A DNA stretch of 64,000 bases, taken from positions 156,378 to 220,377 of the forward strand of contig MHRT01000005.1 of the NCBI GenBank assembly GCA_001821055.1. Reading direction: 5' to 3'. This document shows, piece by piece, positions 41,569 to 49,360 of the stretch (position 1 is the first letter of the stretch; each line of letters opens with the position of its first letter). Source of the DNA: Candidatus Taylorbacteria bacterium RIFCSPHIGHO2_12_FULL_45_16 (GTDB lineage Bacteria; Patescibacteriota; Minisyncoccia; Phycocordibacterales; PALSA-1337). The notes beneath the pieces are model-generated. The model saw only the letters and a list, made by a program, of their open reading frames with translations. It had not been told where the DNA came from and ran no database searches. The position numbers and the translations under genes are program-made.

Positions 41569-41772
41569 TTATACGCGTGTCACATTCTTTGCACTTGGGC
41601 CTTTCTGTCCATCAACAACTTCGAAAGTGACTTTGTCACCAACCTGAAGTTCATTGTATGAAACACCGACCACGTCATTTGAGTGGAAGAAAAGATCCTT
41701 TGTCTCGCCTTCGCGAGCAATGAATCCAAATCCTTTCTCAGTGAGGGTCTTGATTGTTCCTTGTCCTTGCAT
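41569..41772 (-). CDS. cspA: Cold-shock protein (CspA family)
   Basis: GTIKTLTEKGFGFIAREGETKDLFFHSNDV…: RNP1/RNP2 motifs. 67 aa. Confidence 0.85.
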   Translation of the reverse strand: MQGQGTIKTLTEKGFGFIAREGETKDLFFHSNDVVGVSYNELQVGDKVTFEVVDGQKGPSAKNVTRV

Positions 41773-41893
41773 GATTTTTTGATTTTAATTAATATTGCGA
41801 AAAAACTCGACTCGCTCTCTCGTAGAAACAAGTGTAGCATAGATTCTATTATTCACCTAATCCTTTAGATTAAACATATCATCCTCATCCAGA

Positions 41894-42302
41894 CTACAAT
41901 CGCGGCTCAACCAGTTCACTTTTCAATTTTATATGATAATCAAAAGACCAACGATCTGCTCCATACAGAAACACAGCAACTAGTGCTAACATGAGTCCAA
42001 AATCTCGTATGGCAACGGCGCTGTAGCCAAGATTAAGAATGATACTCAAAAGATGTAGAGCAAGAAGCAGTGCTGAAACGCGTGTAAAAAATCCGGCCAT
42101 GAGCGTAAGTCCAAATACTACCTCAAATGCGGCGTTGAGATGCACAAAGTTTGCGGCACTAAATCCTGTCGTTTCAATGAGTGATACTGGGATAAGACCG
42201 GTCCACATCTCGGTACTCATCAATTGTTGCGAAGCGAACCACAAAAATACCAGAGATATTGCAAGACGAAGAACAACTGGAGCGTATTCTTTCATTGTCA
42301 TC
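41894..42302 (-). CDS. DoxX-family membrane protein
   Basis: Four-TM profile with DoxX-like spacing. The likely start is MTMKEY at 42302; the track ORF runs to 42436, overlapping the next gene. Confidence 0.55.
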
Positions 42303-42335
42303 TTTAATAAGGGGAATAATATTATGCGTCTATAA

Positions 42336-42764
42336 TTATTGGGCCAAAACTCCGATTTTGAAATTGACAAGTTGGTCCGCCGGTTTTGATTGTTTATCGT
42401 GTTGATTCGTAAATGCGACGGTTCCGTCTTTGCCACAGATACTCAAAATAGCTTGTGCTCCTCCGGGATGTTTTTGGATCCAATCTGTTAGTTCATAAAC
42501 ATTCCCATTGATGGTAGTCCAACAGCTTTGAACATTACCATGCGCAGCAATTTGGGACATATTATAACTGTTTATAGGTTGTTGGGTTGCCGAGGTTGTG
42601 CTTGTCGGCACAACAATAGGTATATTTACAATTGAGTTATTTTTGTTTGGGCCGGATTCAGCTGATGGTGTTGAATTGGGAGAAGGGGTAACGAGAGTTA
42701 TGATTACGATAATTATTACGGCAACAATGACAAATATAATTGTTGTAAGATATTTTTTTGACAT
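42336..42764 (-). CDS. Membrane-anchored cytochrome b5-like heme-binding domain protein
   Basis: N-terminal TM and Ser/Thr/Pro linker. C-terminal YNMSQIAAHGNVQSCWTTINGNVYELTDWIQKHPGGAQAILSICGKDGTVAFTNQH matches the cyt b5 HPGG fold. Confidence 0.5.
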   Translation of the reverse strand: MSKKYLTTIIFVIVAVIIIVIITLVTPSPNSTPSAESGPNKNNSIVNIPIVVPTSTTSATQQPINSYNMSQIAAHGNVQSCWTTINGNVYELTDWIQKHPGGAQAILSICGKDGTVAFTNQHDKQSKPADQLVNFKIGVLAQ

Positions 42765-42857
42765 GTAATTATTGGGCTAATGGTTAAATGCACGGATAAT
42801 TATATTATGTGATAAAAAAATGTCAAAATTTTGTAACATTACATGAGTCAAATTACT

Positions 42858-43028
42858 GGTAGCCCTACGGGGAATCGCCCGCGCCTCTCGCCTCGCCAGC
42901 TCGGCTCGGGCTGGGCACCGGCTCGCGGCCTCGCGTGCTCGCTCGACATCGCTCCGCCGTTCGATCCCCCAGTCGCAGGCACTCAAAGTGCCTGCTCGGT
43001 TTCTACTAATATTACCTACTTAAGTAAC
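42858..43028. repeat. Direct repeat DR-A (171 bp), beginning with the tRNA-Glu 3'-terminal 19-mer gtagccctacggggaatcg
   Basis: Matches 49179-49350 with about 2 substitutions and 1 indel. Contains the hairpin gcaggcactcaaagtgcctgc. Confidence 0.85.
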
Positions 43029-43036
43029 GTCACCGA

Positions 43037-43083
43037 GTAGGCAAATTGTAACATTCGCGCGAACTTTTTACGAGCAAAATTGA
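43037..43083. repeat. Inverted repeat IR-L (47 bp), partner at 49089-49135
   Basis: gtaggcaaattgtaacattcgcgcgaactttttacgagcaaaattga is the reverse complement of 49089-49135 with 1 mismatch. Confidence 0.85.
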
Positions 43084-43088
43084 AGTAC

Positions 43089-44126
43089 CGCCGCCCACAA
43101 TTTCACTGGGGGCGTGCGAGGGCGGCGGGACTACTGCCTCGGCGCTGAAAACTCGGGGGACTGGGGGCGAGTTTTCAGCGCCGTCCGCTTTTTTGGGGGC
43201 GGGGATGGTTTTAAATTTAAAATTAAAGCGCATACCATTGCTGATATGCGCTTTCCTTAGTCCACGTGACCGTGACCGAGTCTAGCAAAGCACGCTGAAC
43301 AGAACTCTAGCGCACTCGAATTAAAGAACAATGAAATTTTGGAGGGGGTTTTACCTCCCTCCCAGTACTCCACAGCAGACAAGAATGCGTTAGCGAGCTT
43401 GCACTCTACGCCACCGGAAAATGGTAACAATAAAAATTCTTAGACGAGCCCCTGTTTTATCAAGGGCTCGTCCCGTAGACTGCCGCAGTGCACTTGAGTC
43501 TAGCCAAGCAAACTACAGGACGCTTCGGCATGAACTGGTATGCAATACGACCAAATCTAACTGGAAATTTTTGCACGAGTGATTTTTAGGCCACTCGTGC
43601 TCCTTAGAGTGGCGTAGCCGAGTATACTGAAGGAAACCAGACTGCAGCGGACCTCAGAACGCGGGGCCAAACCGGAAAGAGTAACCGACCATACCCGAAG
43701 ATATGGTCGGTTCCGTAGACTGCCGCAGCAAACATTTGGCGCACTGCACGCAACGGCAGCGAAGCCCAGGCTGCGTCACTATCAAAATCATCTAAAAATA
43801 GATTAACATAGATATTATAAAAAGTAAAGCGTATACCATTTCTGATATACGCTTTCATTAGTGAACTGCACGACAGCACAGCCTACGATAGTAAGGCACA
43901 GCATAGTCGAGCGAACCACAAAATGACTACGAAATTATAGCTATAGCCAACTGGACCGAACCAAGATTACTAAACCCGAGAAATTTTTAGTAGGAGTGAT
44001 TTTTAGGCCACCCCTACTCCGTACTGAACCCTACTGCAGGAAGCGCTACGATGGAGAACTGCTCCAAGCGTCACAACTGCGTAGTGTCAGAAATTGTAGC
44101 CGACCCCACCCGAAGATGGGATCGGC
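43089..44126. repeat. ORF-free block of at least 10 stem-loops at ~83-165-nt spacing, in families sharing the loop and inner stem while the outer stem varies with compensatory changes
   Basis: H3 43225-43254 aaagcgcata-ccattgctg-atatgcgcttt pairs with H8 43826-43855 aaagcgtata-ccatttctg-atatacgcttt (c/g changed to t/a on both arms). H6 cacgagtg-atttttaggc-cactcgtg pairs with H9 gtaggagtg-atttttaggc-cacccctac. H7 ccgaccat-acccgaagat-atggtcgg pairs with H10 gccgacccc-acccgaagat-gggatcggc. Most hairpins are followed by CC-R-TA-N (ccgtagactgccgcag twice). Confidence 0.7.
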
Positions 44127-44200
44127 CCGTACTTTGCAGGAGGATACTGGAGCGAACGCGAGCTCAGCTAACTGAAGCATGCACCAGTGTACCCTGTAAA

Positions 44201-46018
44201 CTACTTTCCCTTTAACAGCTCCTCTGCTTGGGAAATGCACTCGTCAAATGTACGATCGTTGACGTATGCCTTTTCAAGCCATTTGGGAAGTGAAGCGTGG
44301 ACGAATCGCCGGAACTGTTGAGACATGAATATTGTCACTCCAAGGTCTTTGGTTGAACGAATGTTCCGACCGCGAACCTGAAGTGCCTGTATCATAACCC
44401 GCCAATTCCACAATGCCCAGCGACTACCACCGAATCGTTCCTCCTCAAACTGAGTGCCCGGATCGCTTGGATTCGGATACCCTGGACGCAGGAAGAAGAT
44501 GACTGGAGCAATCTGTTTGGGCAGATCGACCCCTTCGGCATAGTTTGAAGCTGTGCCGCAGAGGACATCGCCTTCACCATCACGGAAACGAACTGCCGCC
44601 TCCTTGGCGGTCACACCGTTCCCATAACTGATAGCTTTGAGGCCTTCCTCTTCCGCCATCATCATGAACTTATCGCGCTCGAGATTCGAGATGGTGACGA
44701 AGAGACTACGAATCCCTTTGTCTGCCAATCGCTTCGAGGCGCGAGCGACCATGCGAATACTTTTCGGAAGATCACGATTACTGCGTTCGTTCACTGCCAA
44801 GTTGGCTGTGTTCGTCGGCATGAAGAGCCGAGCATTGTCAGATGGAAAGTTGGATTCCAGACTGAATACCGGATTCCGTATCCCCGTCTCGTGCCCGAAT
44901 ACCTCCGGATCACCGATCGTAGCCGAGAGCGCCACCGTCGTCTTGCCCATGATCTTTTGGATAATTGGCGCGACGTAGTAACACTTGACCACCAGTCGAT
45001 ACTGCACATGCTCCTTTTCACCCTTTTCCTCCTTGTAATAGGCGTAGGTGTAGTTGAGCGCGTGGCGATTCTGATCAGGAAGTGAATACTCGAATGAGCG
45101 CAGGTAGCGGCGAAGGTCTTTCACCACAACCTCAAGCTTCTTCAGAGTCTCTCGCTTCTCCACGACATCAATGACTTTTTCCTGCACGGCCTTTTCAAGC
45201 TTGCGCAGGAGTCCTGATTGGTCGATGACCTCGAGTTTCTCCATGAGCGCACCAACCTCGCGTGCATTGAGCACGGTTTTCTGATGCGCCGGTTTCGACT
45301 TGATGATGTAGATCAACTTCTTGTAGAAGTCGTGAAGCAATTCTGCCTCCTCGGCGCCAATCTCTCGCAGAAGCTCCACCGACTTGCGCAAATGCCAATC
45401 GGTTATTTCATACGAGAGCGCGTTCCTGACCACTTCGGCCATGCGGTGTGCTTCGTCAATGACGAGCACTTCCGGCTGTTCCCATTCCCGGCTGAAAAGC
45501 TGGGTGAAGAGATAGAAAGCCATAGTGGAAAGAACAATGCCACCCTGTTTAGCCTCGAACTTCTGCTTCAAGTACGGACAAGGGATCGCTCCCTCGACAA
45601 AAGTCTTGCCTGTTGCTTGGTCCACTCTATGCGGGCAGTCTTTGAGCAGTGAGCATGGGATTTCATCCGCCATCGGCTGTTTGTCTGCCGGCAGTGTGTC
45701 CTTGAAGTAGTGACATTGATGCTCATTGCGCCCGAGAGCGACCTTGAGATCAGGAAACTCTTGGCGGATCTGCTCCATCAGAGTCTTGTTCGTTGTGATG
45801 AGGAAGAGCGGTTGTTTCCGCTTCAAATCCGCGGCCTTGAGTACGGTATACTCTACGGCAGTCTTGCCGCTTCCTGTGGGAGATTCGATCGTGACCGAGC
45901 CATTCTCGGAGATGATACGAAACATTTCCCGCTGACTTGCCCACGGTGCTCTGCGGAGAGCGTTTGTGGGGAATGTCTCTTCTAGCAGAGACAATTTTAG
46001 ATGTTCCAGATGTTGCAT
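44201..46018 (-). CDS. DinG/XPD(Rad3)-family Fe-S cluster DNA helicase
   Basis: Walker A ESPTGSGKTAVEY; four Cys between motifs I and II (HQCHYF, IPCSLLKDCPHR, IPCPYL); DEAH box VLVIDEAHRM; C-terminal helicase motifs (VLCGTASNYAEGVDLP…VIFFLRPGYP). The track ORF extends to 46087; the likely start is MQHLEHL at 46018. GC-rich codon usage. Confidence 0.7.
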   Translation of the reverse strand: MQHLEHLKLSLLEETFPTNALRRAPWASQREMFRIISENGSVTIESPTGSGKTAVEYTVLKAADLKRKQPLFLITTNKTLMEQIRQEFPDLKVALGRNEHQCHYFKDTLPADKQPMADEIPCSLLKDCPHRVDQATGKTFVEGAIPCPYLKQKFEAKQGGIVLSTMAFYLFTQLFSREWEQPEVLVIDEAHRMAEVVRNALSYEITDWHLRKSVELLREIGAEEAELLHDFYKKLIYIIKSKPAHQKTVLNAREVGALMEKLEVIDQSGLLRKLEKAVQEKVIDVVEKRETLKKLEVVVKDLRRYLRSFEYSLPDQNRHALNYTYAYYKEEKGEKEHVQYRLVVKCYYVAPIIQKIMGKTTVALSATIGDPEVFGHETGIRNPVFSLESNFPSDNARLFMPTNTANLAVNERSNRDLPKSIRMVARASKRLADKGIRSLFVTISNLERDKFMMMAEEEGLKAISYGNGVTAKEAAVRFRDGEGDVLCGTASNYAEGVDLPKQIAPVIFFLRPGYPNPSDPGTQFEEERFGGSRWALWNWRVMIQALQVRGRNIRSTKDLGVTIFMSQQFRRFVHASLPKWLEKAYVNDRTFDECISQAEELLKGK

Positions 46019-46032
46019 GTTTCCTTTCTTCT

Positions 46033-46377
46033 CTACTTTTTGTTGTCGATCCAAGCAACGAGCTTGAACCTGCCGATTCCTTCCCACTTGTCCGACCGAC
46101 CAAGCACGTTAGGTGCTCCTGTAGGAATAGTCGTGTTTTCCATGAGCTCGTATAGACGCCCGTGGAATATTGTTCTGAGTCCCGCTTTCACGGTCTCATT
46201 CGGCCTTCCCATAATCGGCAGATAGCGGAATGTTTTGTCCTGCGGATCATATTCGTTCTTTCGTTCAGGTATTAGATGAGCATATTTGTTCACACTCGTA
46301 TGATGTCCGCGTCTTGGTCTGTGATCCGACTTACGACGGAATCGTGGACCATAATGTGGATAGACTTTTTTACCCAT
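46033..46377 (-). CDS. Hypothetical basic protein (island cargo)
   Basis: 114-aa ORF with the SD-like AGGAGAA 9 nt upstream; Arg/His-rich N-terminus. No family recognised. Confidence 0.35.
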   Translation of the reverse strand: MGKKVYPHYGPRFRRKSDHRPRRGHHTSVNKYAHLIPERKNEYDPQDKTFRYLPIMGRPNETVKAGLRTIFHGRLYELMENTTIPTGAPNVLGRSDKWEGIGRFKLVAWIDNKK

Positions 46378-46666
46378 GAGAATATCCGTTCTCCTAAATT
46401 GTATTTGTTGTCAAAAAATCAAGCTTACTCGGCCTGATTCTGGCTTAGCTGTTAAGGGCTTTTCCATTTTTGATGCTAACATACAATAAGTAATCCGTCA
46501 ACTTGCGTAAAGGACCGTGTTCTGTTACGCTGTAATTACAAATGGCTTCGGCCTCGCCCCGCTCACGCGGGGAGGAAGAAATGAGCGATTATTCTATCAA
46601 ACGAATGATCGCTTGTTTTATTTTCTGAAACTGTTCCGAGTCAATGGTGGTGATTTTTTCCTGTAA

Positions 46667-46978
46667 TCACTTGGAGTCTACCAATCGAATTTGAGATAGA
46701 ATGATTTTTCGCGCTACCTTATCACCTAGATTAATATCCGCATAGTATTTTCCTTTTTTATTTTTTGTAGTAAGTGGCACAGATAAAAATACTTCTTTAT
46801 TGAAACCCTTGATGATTAGTACTGGGCGCGCAAAATCAAATCCTTTGCCATCCTGCTCAAATCCAACATTTTCTCCGAGAGAACACCACCAGATTTCTCG
46901 CTCATGATAAAATCGCCGCTCCTTTTCATTATGGATATTTTGCTTGAGTGTATGCCATTTTTGAAAATCTTTTTTCAT
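46667..46978 (-). CDS. MazF/PemK/Kid-like toxin-fold protein (mRNA interferase family); no adjacent antitoxin ORF found
   Basis: …REIWWCSLGENVGFEQDGKGFDFARPVLIIKG…FLSVPLTTKNKKGKYYADINLGDKVARKIILSQIRLVD matches MazF-like logic (RGDI…G.EQ.G.RP.LVL…P.T…….V…QIR.ID). 103 aa. Confidence 0.5.
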   Translation of the reverse strand: MKKDFQKWHTLKQNIHNEKERRFYHEREIWWCSLGENVGFEQDGKGFDFARPVLIIKGFNKEVFLSVPLTTKNKKGKYYADINLGDKVARKIILSQIRLVDSK

Positions 46979-47002
46979 CGTAGGATTTTAACATAAAAAA
47001 AT

Positions 47003-48030
47003 GGCAGGCACTCATTGAGAATGCCCGCCCCATAGAATAGGACTAGTCTGGATTAGTGCAGCCAACTCCGCGCAACTTCACGGCACTGTAGACTGAAATT
47101 TCAGACAAGGAACAAGATGGATAAATCTCGGCGGGGAATTTTCATTCCCCGCCCCGTAGACTGGTGAAGCGTGGTTTAGTACAGGCCAACAAGGAGAACA
47201 GAACTACACCTTACCGGATCAAATCACATGTTGAAACCATGACTCCTTCTGTAAAAAGTAAACGGTAGGAGAAAGTTGATGCTCTCTCCTACCCCTTGCG
47301 CAACCGCACCGCTCCCTAGAGTAGCCCACGGGAGGGCAGCTAACTCCAACAAACGATGGTGGAAATGTAAATTCTGCCGTGGAGTTTTACCTCCACGGCC
47401 CATACTCGAGTGCACAGCAGAGAGGAAAGACGCGCTAAGGCGAACTCCGGGCTGGTTTACACTAGAGAAAAGTTTGGCGGGAGTTTTACCTCCCAGCCCC
47501 ATACTTAGGCACGCGACCACTTCAGGCCACAGTGGGCTAGGCCAGGTCACACCACCCTAAATTTGTTTTAGTCTGAATTTAATATAACATACAAAGCTAA
47601 ATTATGCAAATTTAAAGCGCATACCATTGCTGATATGCGCTTTCCATAGAAGACCGATGTGAAGCTTGGCGCACCTCACTGAAGACAGCGGCACGCGACC
47701 AAGGGACACTACAACGGACTCGAAAAGAACAATTATGAAATTATGTCGCGGAGATATTTCACTCCGCGACCAATACTAAACGGCAGTGTAGTCTAGCCCA
47801 CTGCGGCTAACCGAGCTACACCGAGGTGTGCGCGAGACTGCCACAAAGAACAAACTGGAAAGTGAAAGAATGGCGGGGAATTTTCATTCCCCGCCCCGTA
47901 ACACAGATAACTAGAGTTGCAGAAAAGTCCACCACAGTCCGGGGAACAAAACCGCACCTTACGCGACCCTACGTTACGCAAAAAATCTGAAAATTATAGG
48001 CGGAGGTCAATCTTGCGATCAACCTCCGCC
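47003..48030. repeat. ORF-free block of degenerate ~100-138-bp tandem units (three intervals of exactly 127), each carrying one stem-loop
   Basis: Hairpin starts at 47003, 47130, 47264, 47376, 47476, 47614, 47745, 47872, 47999. ggcggggaat-tttc-attccccgcc is identical at 47130 and 47872. gccgtggag-ttttac-ctccacggc and ggcgggag-ttttac-ctcccagcc share loop and inner stem. aaagcgcata…tatgcgcttt at 47614 is a third copy of the array-1 H3 family. Units starting at 47130 and 47872 also share caccttacYg about 80 nt in. Confidence 0.7.
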
Positions 48031-48146
48031 CCACAGAGAAGCCCGGGACAGTTTAGTTCAGTATGCCCTAGTGAGCGACACGCGAGCTAAGACCAGATCA
48101 CCGAACTGCAAACCCTATTGACTCTGAAGGACGCGCGGACGGAAGG

Positions 48147-48839
48147 TCAGCTGGTCACGACTTCCGCGAGCCGATTGGCACCATTGCCCGACACCGGTGC
48201 TGACGCTTCGGTTTCCTCGGACTCTTCGGGTCTCGTGCCTTGCTTGTCCGATTCTTCCATCGTCACTTCCCATTTCTTGACCGCGAAACGGCCGAAGGGA
48301 CCGCCCTTGTTCGGACGGAAGTCACCGATGCCCGCTTTGGAGCCGGCGGTGTCCACAAGCTGGCGAATCAGAGTGTCTTTCGCTTGCTTGCCATCAACTT
48401 GGAAGGTCACATCGAGCGACCAATCCTTGAACTTCGGGCGGACGATGCAGACGGCGATGTCCATGCAGGTACCGCGACGCATGTCGGGTTCCCACGCAAT
48501 TTCGCCCTTGGCGTTGTTGTCCGCGAACGGCAGAAACTCTTCCTCAATGGAGAGGAACGAGTAGAGCAAGGTGCCCTCAGCAGTCGAAACCGCCTTCTTA
48601 CCGTCGAATTTGTGGAACCGACCAGCGGCTTTGATGGCCGCGAGCAGATTCAGTGTGGGAATGCCCATCGGCCCGGTGCTGTCGTTCTGGCGGTAGATCT
48701 TCGTAACAGCTTCCTGTTTTGGCGACAGATCTTTGGCCTTGGGCGCATGGACTTTGGTACGGAGACCTTCCAAGGTCGCCGGAGTCATGCGATTGATAAG
48801 GAGTGGGCTAATGCCCACGAGTAGTGCGCGTATTTTCAT
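48147..48839 (-). CDS. Hypothetical protein (island cargo), acidic C-terminal tail
   Basis: About 230-aa ORF; the likely start is MKIRALLVGISPLL at 48839, and the track ORF begins at 48884. GC-rich. No family recognised. Confidence 0.4.
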   Translation of the reverse strand: MKIRALLVGISPLLINRMTPATLEGLRTKVHAPKAKDLSPKQEAVTKIYRQNDSTGPMGIPTLNLLAAIKAAGRFHKFDGKKAVSTAEGTLLYSFLSIEEEFLPFADNNAKGEIAWEPDMRRGTCMDIAVCIVRPKFKDWSLDVTFQVDGKQAKDTLIRQLVDTAGSKAGIGDFRPNKGGPFGRFAVKKWEVTMEESDKQGTRPEESEETEASAPVSGNGANRLAEVVTS

Positions 48840-49088
48840 AACCTTACTTTCCGACTTTAGAGCAGAATCAATGATCCTGCTCAAGACGTTATTACCTTTG
48901 TTTTATGCTGTCAAAGAAAAGGCTTTGTTAAGCCCTATAAATAGGTCCACCCTAATTACAAAAAAAGGTTAGCACATTGATTTATTTGTGTCAATAGCAT
49001 GCTTGACAACTTTACTATTCTATTTGTATATATAAATACATATAAAGTACACTATTCACGGTCTAATGCGTGTCGGTACAGCGGGACA

Positions 49089-49135
49089 TCAATTTTGCTC
49101 GTAAAAAGTTCGCGTGAATGTTACAATTTGCCTAC
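49089..49135. repeat. Inverted repeat IR-R (partner of 43037-43083)
   Basis: tcaattttgctcgtaaaaagttcgcgtgaatgttacaatttgcctac. Confidence 0.85.
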
Positions 49136-49178
49136 CAACAAAAATGGCCTTCGCATTCGCTTAGGCTCATTTTTGTAT

Positions 49179-49350
49179 TGGTAGCCCTACGGGGAATCGC
49201 CCGCGCCTCTCGCCTCGCCAGCTCGGCTCGGGCTGGGCACCGGCTCGCGGCCTCGCGTGCTCGCTCGGCATCGCTCCGCCGTTCGATTCCCCAGTCGCAG
49301 GCACTCAAAGTGCCTGCTCGGTTTCTACTAATATTACCTACTTAAGTAAC
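49179..49350. repeat. Direct repeat DR-B (172 bp), immediately adjacent to tRNA-Glu
   Basis: See DR-A. Separated from the tRNA 3' end by only 10 nt (aacatctctc, 49351-49360). Confidence 0.85.
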
Positions 49351-49360
49351 ATCTCTCTCG

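Noticed and set aside
42858-43028. Is the 172-bp direct repeat a pseudo-tRNA?
   Set aside because: It ends with the tRNA-Glu 3' 19-mer and contains an anticodon-arm-like hairpin. However, I could not find a complementary 5' acceptor strand or D-arm, and the T-stem partner is missing.
43089-48030. Are the two hairpin arrays CRISPR arrays?
   Set aside because: Units are about 100-165 bp, degenerate and not repeat-spacer organised. The palindromes vary in sequence from unit to unit, there is no leader-like AT-rich region, and no cas genes apart from an unaccompanied DinG-like helicase. They do not fit CRISPR.
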